A DNA stretch of 64,000 nt from Eledone cirrhosa (lineage: Eukaryota): positions 1,612,001-1,676,000 of the forward strand of contig OZ024743.1 in the NCBI GenBank assembly GCA_964016885.1. The letters are read 5' to 3'. The translations under genes and the position numbers were made by a program. The notes below the pieces were generated by a model. It was given only the letters and a program-made list of their open reading frames with translations, was not told the DNA's origin and did no database searches. Positions 51,271 to 64,000 of this stretch are shown in pieces (the stretch's first letter is position 1; each line of letters begins with the position of its first letter).

Positions 51271-51517
51271 GTGTGTGTTAATCTCCCGAGTCTTACAATT
51301 AACCTGTTAATAATTCTATTGACAGATTAATTGTATAAGTTTATTTTAAAAATTACCCGGTTGAGTGCTTATTCGATTTGTGCTATTTATGCAATTTTTT
51401 GCATGATATAGATACATACTGAATTCATTTGCCAAAATCTGGGGTTTTTCCCCTTGTGAGTTACACATGTGCTTTTACAAAGCTCTACATCATTCACAAA
51501 TTGGTACAGAGCAAAAT

Positions 51518-51846
51518 ACCTGTTGATAACGTGATATTCCTTGTTCGATCATTATACCAAAAGCTTATAGTGTTAAGCAGACAGTATTATTGATTTGGTG
51601 GATTGGCAGTATCGGTAGAGGGTCGGACGCCATGCTTTGACGCATAGAGTTACGGCCCTTGCCATACTGAGTTCAAATCCCGCCGAGGTTAACTTTGCCT
51701 TTCATCCTTAAGGGGTCGATAAAATAAAGTACCAGTAATGTACTGGGTAATTGCTGGCCTTGTGCCAAAAGTAGAAACAATTATTGATTTAGGTGTCATA
51801 GAAACCCTGCATTTGGATTTTACCATCAATTCCAATGGGTCCAGGT
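51518..51846 (+). ncRNA. Type I hammerhead ribozyme (U3-A8) interrupted by a SINE in loop II
   Basis: acctg-TTGATAA-c gtgatatt...[SINE]...ggtgtcat a-GAAA-ccc...ggg-TC-caggt. Confidence 0.75.
51597..51779 (+). mobile_element. tRNA-derived SINE with 11-bp TSD attattgattt
   Basis: tggcagtatcggtaga (A box), gagttcaaatccc (B box), central gcctttcatcctt..ggggtcgataaaataaagtaccag; TSD at 51586-51596 and 51780-51790. Confidence 0.85.
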
Positions 51847-52053
51847 CTGTTTTTATCATTTTGTTTGACTTGTTTAGCTAGATTTGTTTTTTGGGTTAGG
51901 GGTTTAATGCCTTCTTTACCACTTTTTCAGTTTGTATGGCGTTTTAACATATTGTTTAGCTCTGGTGTTTTAACTGTGGAGCGTTTGCCAGCATAATTCT
52001 GATTTTGCGGTTCGTTTCGCTTTTTCTACCCGCCGAAATGCGATTCTCGCTGA

Positions 52054-52107
<54 letters not shown>

Positions 52108-52335
52108 CCGTAGAGTAAATATTTATTATTAGTAAAGATTAATAATTTCTGCTTTCACGAATGTCTTCACAAACCACCATTATATCTTCTTGTTTTCTTT
52201 TGGTTGTAACATTTTTTGAAATATTTACTTCTGCGTCTACAGATTGATTTTTCTCAGTTTCAGAACATCCCGTGTAGGGTGAAAGCAGAAATTCTTTGTC
52301 TCAACTTTAGTCTGTACTAATAATGAATATATATA

Positions 52336-53066
52336 TCTTAGTCTTAGTCTTAGTTCCTCCAGTCCCTTGTGGAACATTGGGCGACGAGCTTCCTCCACTT
52401 GATCCTGTCACTGGCGGCCCTTCTAGCACCTCTCCAGGTAATTCCCATCTCCCGCAGGTCCTCCCAGAATGTGCTCCGCCATGTTTTTCGTGGTCTTCCC
52501 CGTTCTCTCCTGCCACCTTCTGGTACCCAATCCATGGCAATATGAGCAGGTCGATCTGCCGGCAAACGAAGGATGTAGCCCGCGAACCGCTGTCTCCTTT
52601 TCCGGACAATGTCCCTTAACCTCTCCAATCCTGACCTCCTCATCACTTCCTCGTTGCTAACTTGGTCTCTCCATGAAATTTTCAATATGGACCGAATGCA
52701 ACGACGGTGGAATACATCAAGCTTGTTACATACACTTTCCGTACTCTTCCATGTCTCACAGGCATATATCGCTGTTGGTACTACAATGGACATGTAAACA
52801 CGGAATTTGACGGCGTTGCCGATGGAATACCTGGACCATACCGGACGTAGTCGCTGGAAAACCGCCGCTGCTTTTCCCAGCCTTGTGCGCATATTCACCT
52901 CAGCATCCCCATCGTCAGAGATGTTGCTGCCAAGGTATTGGAAGTGGTTTACACATTCAATGTTACGCTGACCAACCATGATGGGAGGATTTGAGAAGAC
53001 CTGCAAGAGATGACAAACGTTCTAAATGACAATGCAGAGAAAGTTGGCCTGCGCATCAGTTGTGAA
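52336..53066 (-). mobile_element. RTE-clade LINE 3' fragment with 5' inversion and (TAAGAC)n tail
   Basis: FQYLGSNIS, IYACETW, RERGRPRKTW, DRIKWR in ORF 52350-53006; the upstream RT piece QEMTNVLNDNAEKVGLRISCE lies on the + strand at ~53004-53066. Confidence 0.88.
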
Positions 53067-53086
53067 TATATATATATAGAATTTGA

Positions 53087-53168
<82 letters not shown>

Positions 53169-53360
53169 CAGAAGAAAAGTAATGGCAGAGTGGAAAATGA
53201 TAAGAAAAAGTCATAAAAAAGAAAGAGCGTATGTTAAGCGAGACTAAACAAATTTAATATTTTACGGAGAGAAACAGAGGGTGGAGGGAAAAGACAGAAT
53301 AGACGAGAGAGAGGGAAAGACAGGTTAGGAGAACTAAGAGTTGTTAATAGTATGAGAGAG

Positions 53361-53436
53361 AGAAGAAGAAGAAGAAGAAGAAGAAGAAGAAGAAGAAGAA
53401 GAAGAAGAAGAAGAAGAAGAAGAAGAAGAAGAAGAA
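53361..53436. repeat. (GAA)n microsatellite
   Basis: Seen directly. Confidence 0.95.
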
Positions 53437-54307
53437 ATGAGAAAGAGACATAGAGAAAATAAATCGATCCTAGTATTAAACTGGTACTTTTTTATCGACC
53501 TCGAAAAGATGAAGGGCAAACTTGACCTCGTTGGGATTTGAACGCAGAGGGCAGAGAACCGGAACGAATACTGCAACGCATTCTATCTAACAACTCTGCC
53601 AATTCGACGCCTTTGGATAAACTGAATCTGTAATTGAAAGAGCTGGCCTTCTCTCACACACACTGTGTCAGACCGAATCTCCCTGAGAATTAGGTTAATT
53701 GTACATATGTCCGTTAATTCCATGAGCAAGTTGTTCCGGTGATTGAACAATTAGAACACTCATAGTCGAAACCGGCGGAGATCCATCGAGTCGGTCTTTT
53801 TCCGCTCTTTAGATTAACCCTTTAGCATTTAAATTACTCTATATTTACTCTTATATTTTCATGGTAAAGGCTTTATCTCACATAATTATCTAACATAATA
53901 TCGAATCACGAGATTTTGATATTATTCATTTTGAGAACCATAATGTCAGTATGAGCGGCCGGTTACAGCCAGTTTGAAGAGAAAGAGGTGAGAGAATTCT
54001 GACTGGATAAGGCTAGTTTAAATGCCAAATAGCATTTCTAATTACTTTTTTTAAAGAGGTTAACTCTAACAAGCAAACAGCTTTATATAACAAGCGGAAT
54101 GTGTGCTGAACATATCTGAGATAACAACTCCTCCAGCTTTTTTGAGATATTGGATGAAGTCCAGGCGAGTCAACATGTGGTTCCACATATTTGTCATCAA
54201 CACATTTAGCCCTTGCTTCCATTTACTTAGTACAATTCTTTGAAGCTAGCCGAAATCAATATGGCGTCCGTTCCATATGTCTACCATCAACACAGTTTTA
54301 GTATAAG

Positions 54308-54389
<82 letters not shown>

Positions 54390-55469
54390 GCGTGCGCGCG
54401 CGCGCGCGTGCGTGTGTGTGTGTGCGTGCGTGTGTGTGTGTGTGTGTGTTTATTTGTATGTTCTTGAACTGATTTATTACAAAGAAACAAGTCTCTTTTA
54501 TTGGAATTTAGACACATCAACTAGGTAAATACGTTTGTATTTCTGCATGTGTGTGTGTGTGTGCAGGTATGGATCTGTATGATTTGAATTATATGTACAC
54601 GTGCATGTTTTTCTCTCTCTCTATGTATGTATGTATGTATGTATGTATGTATGTATGTATGTATGTATGTATGTATGTATGTATGTATGTATGTTATGCC
54701 GGGTCACTCTTGAGTGCTACTGGTAACATGTAACCCAGTACAACCTGTCGCATGGTCGCGTCGTCGGCGACTAAACCGGCAACTCCACCAAGTTTACTTG
54801 GTGAGGAGGGTGATTTTGGACACTCTGCAGGACAAAAAACAAAACCTGACAAAGGGCGGAAGAACTCATAAGAGTCAACGGCCATCCGAAAGTGTGTAAA
54901 TATGTATATATACACATGTACATATGTATGTATATGCACGGGGACATAGAAATAGTCGGGCTGGATACCCGATCGTGTGGTTAAACCACTGGGAGTGAAG
55001 GACCCCTAGCCTTTGTCAGGGCATTCTTCTAGGAGAAGGCAACTCAGGAAACTGGGATAACTCTGATATAAAACCTGCGGCTCAGTAGTTACCGATGATG
55101 TTGATCTTTTCTTCTTCTCGGGTTATAGCTACTGTCGCTCAGAGAATGGGATTGGCCCAGTGCACAGTCTTTCCTCACTTTAAAAAATATCTTCACGCAC
55201 AGGCATTGCACGATAGAATTCATTAATAATTATTAATAATGGTATATCGTGCAATGGTCATACTCAATAACGAGGGGGCAACCATCATGTATGTATGTAT
55301 GTATTGATGTATTGATGGACACGTAACTCCAGGTGTGAACAGAGCTGATTTCTATCAGAGAGAGAGAGAGAGACAGAGAGAGGGAGGGAGGGTGAGAAAG
55401 AGATATAGAGGAAGAATCGACCCCAGTACTAGACTGGTACTTTTTAATCGACATTGAAAGGATGAAAGG

Positions 55470-55657
55470 CAGTGCCCGATTAACCATTGAACTTAGGCGT
55501 GCTTAAGCACGTACAGGGCCTCGTTTGGTTAGGGGATCATCTTCCTGTCCACCGCCCACCTAAAAAAAGACAAAAAAATTTGCCTCTTACAGTGCCCAAG
55601 TAAGGAGCCTCATAACTTAACTAGCACAGAGCCTCATTTGTTTTATATCCGGCACTG
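55470..55657. mobile_element. Short hAT-like MITE
   Basis: Imperfect TIR cagtgcccgat/atccggcactg. Confidence 0.55.
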
Positions 55658-56029
55658 GTTCTAATGACTCTATCAATTCACTACTCGGTAGAGGGTCGGA
55701 CGCCATACTTTGCAGCATAGAGTTACGGCCCTTTACGTTCTGAGTTGAAATCCCGCCGAGGTTAACTTTGCCTTTCATCGTTACAGGGTCGATAAAATAA
55801 AGTACCAGTAATGCACTGAGATAATTGCTGGCCTTGTGCCAAAAGTAGAAACAATTATTTGTGTTTAACTAAGTTATCAACTTTCAATATTCTGGTGGTG
55901 TTTGTCGGCCTACAATTGTAACTTTCCTCGGCGACGCATTGTGCCCTTGTACTAGACATTTTATTTCATGCTGTTCTAGTCTAGAATTTAGATTCCCTGC
56001 CAAACCTTTTTCGCTATCGAATGTTATAT

Positions 56030-56275
56030 TGCTGTAATAACTGGCGTATTATTATTGTAACAATACATGCGTTAATAAATGTAATAACGCACGAATTATC
56101 CCAGTAATAAGGCACCTGTTCTTACTGTAATAACACGCCAGTTATTACAGCTATAACTCGTGTGTTATTACTGTAACAACATGCGAGTTATTCCAGTAAT
56201 AACTCGCATGTTACAGTAATAAGTGGCGTATTGTTACTGTAAGAACACTCGAGTTATTACTGTAATAACCCATTT
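56030..56275. repeat. Degenerate quasi-palindromic minisatellite (gttattactgtaataac-like, ~21-bp period)
   Basis: Motif repeated about 10 times; echoes near 57148 and 59190. Confidence 0.65.
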
Positions 56276-56579
56276 ATGGTAACAATAATGATTTCTAATA
56301 TAGGCACAAGGTCAGCAATTTTGGGAGAGGGTATTAAATCGACCCCAGTGCATGACTGGTGCTTTATTTTATCTTCCCTTTAAAGATGAGAAGCAAAGCT
56401 AACCTCGATGGGATTTGAACTCAGAACGTAAAAGGGCCATTACTCTATGTTGCAAAGCATGGTGTCTGACGCTCTACCGATGAAGCGTATAGTTTTCGTT
56501 AGACAAAGTAGAAAACCAGTTTTAGTAGTCAATTATTATAGTGGTAGTATATTACTGGTATATATTTTGTCGACTTCAG

Positions 56580-56617
<38 letters not shown>

Positions 56618-57077
56618 TTCGTTTTTTAATTTGTTTTGCAAGATTTCTTATCTGAAAACGTGTGTTGAAACAGATAGTGATATACTTTGAGAGGGTCATG
56701 TTGTCAATAAAAACACACACACACACCTGTTGGTTTTTACTTCAATTTATTATAAACTAGCTGAGGTACCCGGTTTCGCCCGGGAGAATAGTTAAGAGAT
56801 GACGGATAAAAGACAAAACGACTGTATTGGATGTGTTGTCTGGTATGAGGTGAGACCCTAATATATATAGTTTACATATGTAAACTATATATATGTGTTT
56901 GTGTCAATATTGTATCTGTATTATTTTTGACCGTCGGTCAGTCAATGGCAACATTGAGGACCGAGTAAGCTAGATTACAGATATAAAAGACAGCGAGAAG
57001 CGAAAACCAACCAAACAGTGAGTGTGTTCTGTTATTAATTCTGGCAATATTACACAAATATAACCCTCCCCAAGTAT

Positions 57078-57141
<64 letters not shown>

Positions 57142-57799
57142 TCGCGTGTTATTACTGTAATATCATGCGAATTATCATTGTCATAATTACTAAGTTGAAG
57201 TTGTTCAACGAGCGACCTGCTCTGATTGGAACTAAAATACATTATAAGATTCGTAATACCCATTAAAAACTTTACCTTTTATACTTTCAAGGTCGATAAA
57301 TATAGTTGTAGCCAAGTACTGGGATCGATATAATCCACTTTCTTCGATTAGATCGATCTAATAGCTGGCTTTGTACCAAAAATAGACACCATTATTTAAT
57401 AATAGGGTGGTGGATTGGCAGTATGTGTAGAGCGTCAGACATGATTTGCACCATGGAGTTATGGCCCTTTACGATCTGAGTTCAAATCCCGCCGAGATTA
57501 ACTTTGCCTTTCATCTTTACGAGGTCGTTAAAACAAAGCACCAGTAATGCACTGGGATAATTGCTGGCCTTGTGCAAAAAGTAGAAACAATTATTTAATA
57601 GTAGAAGGGCGGTGGATTGGCAGAATCGGTAGAGCATCGGACAAAATATTTTTTTAGTTACAACTTGCTACGAGTTCAAAATCCACCGTGGTCTACTTTG
57701 TCTTTTATCCTTCCGGCGCCGATGAAATAAAGAAGCAATCAAGTACTGTGGTCGATATAATCGACTTTCCTCTTGTCCCGAATTTCTGGTCTTGTACTT

Positions 57800-57845
57800 C
57801 AGCAGCAGCAGCAGCAGCAGCAGCATTAGTAGTAGTAGTAGCAGC

Positions 57846-57877
<32 letters not shown>

Positions 57878-57967
57878 AAGTAGTAGTAGTAGTAGTAGCA
57901 GCAGCAGCAGTAGCAATAGTAGTAGTTGTAGTAGTAGTAGAAGCGCAGCAGCAGCAGTAGTAGTAGT
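57800..57967. repeat. (CAG)n/(TAG)n trinucleotide tract
   Basis: Seen directly. Confidence 0.95.
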
Positions 57968-60079
57968 CGATATTGCTTGCCCGGTTTCTACAAGAACGGA
58001 AAAACGCGAGAAAGAAAATTGCCAATACTTAAAAGAGAATGTGGAATTGCCGTCAAGTTGTTATGTTAATTGTTGTTGAGACAATGGCAATAAGTTTAAA
58101 TGATTGGTTTGAAGATGTTGGACAGAGAGGTGAAATTTCTGACTCTATTGCAGATTGTTTGTTTGGCACTACAAGAACCATAAGAAAGGTGCCAGCTAGC
58201 TAAGGCCGTGGGATGTAGCTTGATTATTTAGCAATCCAATACTGGCAGAAGAAGAACAATAAAATGTTGAGTAAATAAAAGAAATGATAATAATAACAAG
58301 AATATGAAAACAGAAACTATCCCTATAATAATAATATGTGCTCTAGGAATGATAAAAACACACAGAGAGACAGATACATAACTAAACCCCCAGGTCTTAT
58401 AAATATATACAACATACAGAAAATATCCCTACTAGGCACTGAATACATGTTACCAAGAGTACTTTCAATACAATAGAAATAACAATACACACACAAAACA
58501 TTGCACGTACCCATGGCACACAGAGCTGTGCTCGGTTATGTGGTAACAATACGCTATAAAAATAACACGCCTACTACGACTACTACTAATAATAATTGTT
58601 TCTATTTTTGGCACAAGGCCAGCAATTACCCAGTACATTACTGGTACTTTATTTTATCGACCCCGTAAGGATGAAAGGCAAAGTTAACCTCGGCGGGATT
58701 TGAACTCAGTCCGTAAAGGGACGTAACTGTGCTGAAAAGCATGCGATATACCCTCTATCGATACTGCCAATCCACCGCCCTCGAACTTTAATAATAATAA
58801 TAATTGTTTCTACTTTAGGCACAAGGCCAGCAATTTGAAGGGGGGGGGGGTAGATTAAATCGACCTCAGTGCATTACTGGTACTTTCTGAAATCAGAACG
58901 TTAACAATATTAATAACGGTTTCTTTATTTGATTTAGGCACAAAGCCAACAATTTAGGGGGAGGAGTAAGTCGATTAAATCGACCCTGGTGCGTTATTGG
59001 TACTTTATTTTATCGACCCTGTATGGATGAAAGGCGAAGCTAACGTTGGCGGGAGTTCTTCTAATCGTGTCCAAAACATAAAGAGCAGGAATAAAAACCA
59101 CAAGGTATCTTTGTCAGACGCTGTAACCATTCTGTTAAATATGTTATTGTTCCGTAAGAAAGGTCTTTCCTTATACACCCACGACTCGTGTATTGTTACA
59201 ATAATAACCCACGTGTTATTACAGTAATAACAATCTAGTTATTACAACATAACATGGGATGGCAGAAAAGGATTAGCAGGAATCTATACTTTGCGTCTCC
59301 ACACGTGTCTGGAGTGAATCTCCCTGCGCAGATGTTCACCTGTTTTACACCCAGCCAAAGAATATAGCAAGCCTCACACATTCATTCATAGCAGTCATGG
59401 GCATGCACGTCCACCTGGTACAGATTCCTGAAGAAAGAAAGGCCAAAAGACGGCGTTTATTTCCGATGTGACGTCCTGGCCCCTTGCTTCCGGCAAGACC
59501 TCCCCTACACTCCGGCACCCTAGCTCCACATATACAACATTCAAATGTTTTTATTACGTTATTGTTTTCGTAAATGTCCTGTGCTGCCCATAATGTACAA
59601 GTAGAACATTGGGGCAATTTAATCGACTTTCCACTCCCCCTCAACCTGTTGGCCTTGTGTCAGAAATAGAAACAATTATTATTGAATGATAATGGTTTCT
59701 TTATTACCTACACATAGCTTACATCTAATGATGGACAATGTAGGTTGGTAAAAGTGAATACAAGAGTGTGTGTATATGTTTGTAATTACAACAATAACTC
59801 AATTTAACACGATGTATGTTGTTATTGTAATAATATTATTGCAGTAACGCGTTGAGAACAGTTGATCATTTAGGGAACATTGTTTTTTGACCGATCATTG
59901 AACCCGGAGAGTAGGTAAAAATAGGTGATCGCGTTGTTTCAACTTACTTAGAACAAGGAGGACAATGACCTTCCACATGGACTTCGTGACTGGTTGGAAT
60001 GTGAGTGATGGATGGAAGAAAAAACTATGACCTAGGGTTTATTGAATTAAAAAGCGGACCAGGTCTTAAAATCAGCCCG

Positions 60080-60314
60080 GGTGTGTTTTCACTGTTCTCT
60101 TAAGTCGACACTGACTAACAGACTGGTGAGGGCTAGAGGTGTGTTTTTACTGCTCAGCTAAGACGACACTGACAAACTGACTGATGAGGGCCAGAAGTGT
60201 GTTTTCACTGCTCAGCTAAGATGACACTAACTAACTGACTGATGAGGGCCAGAAGTGTGTTTTCACTGCTCAGCTAAGGTGAAAGTCAGAGGTGTGTTTT
60301 CACTGCTCAGCTAA
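60080..60314. repeat. 58-bp minisatellite, ~3.6 copies
   Basis: gtgtgttttcactgctcagctaag...ctgatgagggccagaa recurs at ~60081, 60139, 60197 and 60255. Confidence 0.8.
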
Positions 60315-61348
60315 TGCGCGTTCCGTTTGCGTTTCAATCTTTGTGAAATAGCTATGACATCGGTTTTTCGTAGCATATTTTCCAGCTAATTTAAAAAAAC
60401 CCAGTCCTGTGGCCCACCGGACATTTTCCAAATGTTGGTATGATTATTTTACCTCGAGGTACACATACTAGAGAACATTACTGAATTAATTTTGGGGTTT
60501 CACGAAAGGTGTGTTAGATTGGAGAAAATGGAAAAAGCGGAAGACGATGGGTTGGAGAGGCCAGATAGCAGGTGGAGATGAGGAAGAAAGAAACCCAGAG
60601 GGGGTTAGTGGGGGTAGAGCAGAAGTGTGGGGAATAGCTGTAGGTCGGCGACAGGGTCACATCGAGGGCAATGAGGGACGGGAAGTAGAACTGCATAAAT
60701 GGTTCATGCCATGATCCACTGTTTGATATTCTTCGTAATGTAGTCCGTGAAGCATTTTAAACATTTTATGAATGTTTTAAGACTTTTAACCACGATTTAC
60801 CAAATAAGTACATGTAGTATTTGACACAAAATGCAAATTTATTGCACAAAATTAGATTTATAATTGTACAAGCAGGGGCCAACTGCACAAAATATGATTT
60901 AGAACTATACAAGTAGACGTTAACTACACATGCAGGGGTCAGCTGTATAGTCAGAGGTCACGTGTATAAGCAGGGTTTAACTGTATAAGCAGCGGCTGAC
61001 TGTACAAGCAGATGTAGAGAGATTGCCGAATCCAAGCAGGAGTTAAAATAATGACTGAATCCATAATAACTAAAAGTCCCACCATCTTATTTTCTTGTAT
61101 CTAAGGTCTCGAGAAACCAACATTTACTATTATTTGGTGGATTGGCAGTTTCGGTAGAGGGTCGGACGCTATGCTTTGCAGAATAGAGTAGCGGCCCTTT
61201 ACGGTCTGAGTACAAATCCCGCCAAGGTTAATTTTGCTTTTCATCCTTACGGGGTCGATAAAATAAAGCACCAGTAATGTACTGGGGTAATTGCTGGCCT
61301 TGTGCCAAAAGTAGAAACTATTATTTTAATTTTAAAAAAAATGTTCAC

Positions 61349-61938
61349 TCTACATGGCTGAATACAATAAATGTAATCTGAGTTTTTCGAATATTAATAA
61401 TTGTTTCTACTTTCGGCACGAGGCCAGCAATTATCCCAGTGTATTAGTGGTACTTTATTTTATCGACCCCGTAAGGATGAAAGGCAAAATTAACATCGGC
61501 GGGATTTGAACTCAGATCATAAAGGGCGGCAACTCAATGCTGCAAAGCATGGCGTCCGACCCTCTGCTTTGCTTTTTCGAATATTAATAATAACATTCGA
61601 TTCGTTTGCAATTATGCAAACAAGCCTCATTTTTAAAGCCATGTCAGTAGAATGAACCCTTCATCCTTGCTCTTGTGTTGGCATGTAAACAGAACTGCAG
61701 ACACTAATATTTCTGGGTATCACCCTTCATCAGTACAGCTCACTGTTCACCTGCCAACTGTCAGAGCTAGTGAAAATATATGCTATTTTCTAAAATATTA
61801 CACAAGAGCAAGAATGAAGGGTTCATTCTACTGACATGGCTTTAAAAATGAGGCTTGTTTGCATAATTGCAAACGAATCGAATGTTATTATTAATATTCG
61901 AAGAACTCAGATTACATTTATTGTATTCAGCCATGTAG
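61349..61938. mobile_element. Fold-back HHR element with left arm interrupted by a SINE
   Basis: 61349-61400 plus 61573-61678 is the reverse complement of 61800-61938; SINE flanked by duplicated tttttcgaatattaataat. Confidence 0.75.
61693..61740 (-). ncRNA. Type I hammerhead ribozyme
   Basis: agctgta-CTGATGA-a gggt gat accc a-GAAA-tattagtg-TC-tgcagtt, GUC site. Confidence 0.82.
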
Positions 61939-63268
61939 GACATTTTTTTTTTTTTATTTGAATGTGGCGTGCGTGTCCATGACTGCTATGAATGAGTGTG
62001 TGAGGCTTGCTATATTCTTTGTCTGGGTGTAAAATAAAGATTCACGCTGAATCTTTCCGAGTATTACTTTAAAGGTACACGTGTCTATGGAATGCTCAGT
62101 GATTTACACCATAATGGTTTCTAATTTAGACACAAGGCTAACAATTTGGGGGAAGGGAAAGTCAATTAAATCGACACCAGTGCGTTACTGGTACTTTATT
62201 TTATCGACCTTGTAAGGATGAAAGGCAAAGTTAACCTCGGCAGGATTTGAACTCAGAACGTAAAGGGCCGTAACTTTATGTCGCGCGACCCTGTAAGGAT
62301 GAAAGGCAAAGCTAACCTCGGCGGGATTTGAACTCAGAACATAAAGGACCGTAACTCTGTGCCGCGAAGCAAGGTGTCCGGCACTCTACCGATATTGCCA
62401 ATCAAACATAATGGTTTCTTATATAGGCACAAGGCCAGCAATTATCTCAGTGTATTGCTGGTACTTTATTTTATCGACCCCGTAAGTATGAAAGGCAAAT
62501 TTAACCTCGGCGGGATTTGAACTCAGACCATAAAGGGTGGTCACTCTATGCTGCAAAGCATGGTGTCCGACTCTCTACCGATACTGCCAATCCATTGCCA
62601 ATCAAACATAATTGTTTCTATTTTAGGCACAAGGCCAACAATTATGTACTGGTACATCACTGGTACTTTATTTTATCGACCCCGTAAGTATGAAAGGCAA
62701 AGTTAACCTCGGCGGGATTTGAACTCAGATCATAAAGGGACGTAACTATGCTAGAAAGCATGGCGTCCGACCCTCAAACATAATGCAAGGTAGAATGTAC
62801 CTGTAATTTCGAGGGCCAGTTATGTCACACACATTACGTCACGCTGAATCTCCTTGAGATTTACAATAAGAGTACACGTGTCTATGAAAAGCTCAGCTAT
62901 TTACACGTTGATTCTATGAGAAGGCTGTTACGTTGACCCCCCCCCCCCAAAAAAAAAAAAAACTTACCCAGCCATCGTCGAAACCGATGGAGGTCGATTC
63001 GTCAGCGTATAACAACTGAAATTAAAAACGCAACTATTAGCTGAGAACACACGACGCTGTACAAAGTCTAAGGTAAATAAACTGATCTCTTGTATTGTTT
63101 TTATAGCTTTCGTTTATCATGAAATGCTGTCCCGCTACACGTGATTATACACGTGGAAACACACCGTAGAACATATACAGATATATAGGCATACATATAC
63201 ACATACGTATACAGATATATAGGCATACACACACATATACATATACAGATATATACAGATATATAGGC

Positions 63269-63311
<43 letters not shown>

Positions 63312-63666
63312 CGTGTGTGAGCATATTCCACAGGTGGTATGGCGCATGATTCTGATATTCTCAGACATGACATCCTTAATATAATTTTGGTACTATACAT
63401 ATATACATACACAGTTATATACATATACAGATATATATACACATACATATACAGAGCTATAAGCATACATATACATACACACATACACACATACATAAAA
63501 CCATTCATTCACACATACACACATCCATAGATACTTGCATAAATCGTACGTACGTGAATGCGCACACACATATACTGTGTACATCTATACACACACACAC
63601 ATATGCACATTCGTACACGCATACGTACAAACACACACACAAATACTTATATATACATATAAGTGT

Positions 63667-63945
63667 GGAGGTGTGGTGTGGCCTAGCGGTAAGGGTGTTG
63701 AACTTACGATCATAATGTCGTGGGTTCGATTCCTGGGTTGCGTGTTGTGTTCTTGAGCAAAACACTTCATTTCACGTTGCTCCAGTATACTCAGCTGAAA
63801 ATGAGTACCAGCAATAGCTGGAGGTTTAACCCTGCGATGGACTGGCGTCCTGTCCAAGGGGAAGTCTTGTACTCTCAGTCGCTTCATACCATGAAACTGG
63901 AATAAGCATCGGCCAAATTAGCCTTCTGGCTAAAGACGGAATTAT
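63667..63945 (+). mobile_element. tRNA-derived SINE (CORE-like centre, V-SINE-like 3' motif)
   Basis: tggcctagcggtaa (A box), ggttcgattcc (B box), gttgtgttcttgagcaaaacacttcatttcacgttgctcc, cctgcgatggactggcgtcctgtcca. Confidence 0.75.
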
Positions 63946-64000
63946 TATACATGGAAGTACATATACACGTCCACTCATATTGTATCTCGCCTCAGGATTA

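Larger units (their letters stand above)
55687..59130. mobile_element. Cluster of tRNA-derived SINE copies (about 55687-55858 +, 56290-56480 -, 57405-57597 +, 57607-57800 +, 58593-58780 -, 58800-59130 -)
   Basis: Repeated gagttcaaatcccgccgaggttaactttgcctttcatc...gtcgataaaataaagtaccag...ggccttgtgcc..aa.tagaaacaatta. Confidence 0.8.
61136..62775. mobile_element. Cluster of tRNA-derived SINE copies (61136-61325 +, 61400-61565 -, tandem - copies 62112-62775)
   Basis: Same family as 51597-51779. Confidence 0.8.

Noticed and set aside
56646-56682. ctgaaaa...gaaacagata HHR-like string
   Set aside because: C3/A8 mismatch and weak helices.
56757-56785. Helitron-like terminus actagctg...acccgg...cccggg
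   Set aside because: Only a short motif with no matching other end visible.
60080-60314. 58-bp repeat containing CTGATGA as an HHR array
   Set aside because: No helix II-GAAA-helix III-UH arrangement within the unit.

Overview
AT-rich, microsatellite-saturated animal genomic DNA with no recognisable host gene. The SINE types and the very long (TA)n/(CA)n tracts suggest a mollusc, probably an octopus-like cephalopod (inference). It contains two Penelope-like elements (RT + GIY-YIG), two 5'-truncated CR1-group LINEs, one near-intact L1/Tx1-clade LINE, RTE fragments, a Tc1/mariner relic, hAT-like MITEs, many tRNA-derived SINEs and a 200-N gap. The main signal, which the ORF track does not show, is a dense population of type I hammerhead ribozymes (HHRs). 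By eye I count 35 full-length motifs in about 14 sequence families, plus several half motifs, mostly in non-coding elements inserted in (TA)n. These include two homologous but diverged 467-bp tandem arrays (6 and 13 HHRs) and tandem units of about 485, 533 and 542 bp. Most show a fold-back with 3' ends pointing outward, like the neighbouring Penelope element. In three arrays the 5' end lies 6-9 nt from the predicted self-cleavage site, and one array has a near-strictly alternating SNP (934-bp dimer phase). This looks like a diverse non-autonomous retrozyme system mobilised by Penelope-like RT/endonuclease. Structures were folded by hand and need computational and biochemical confirmation.
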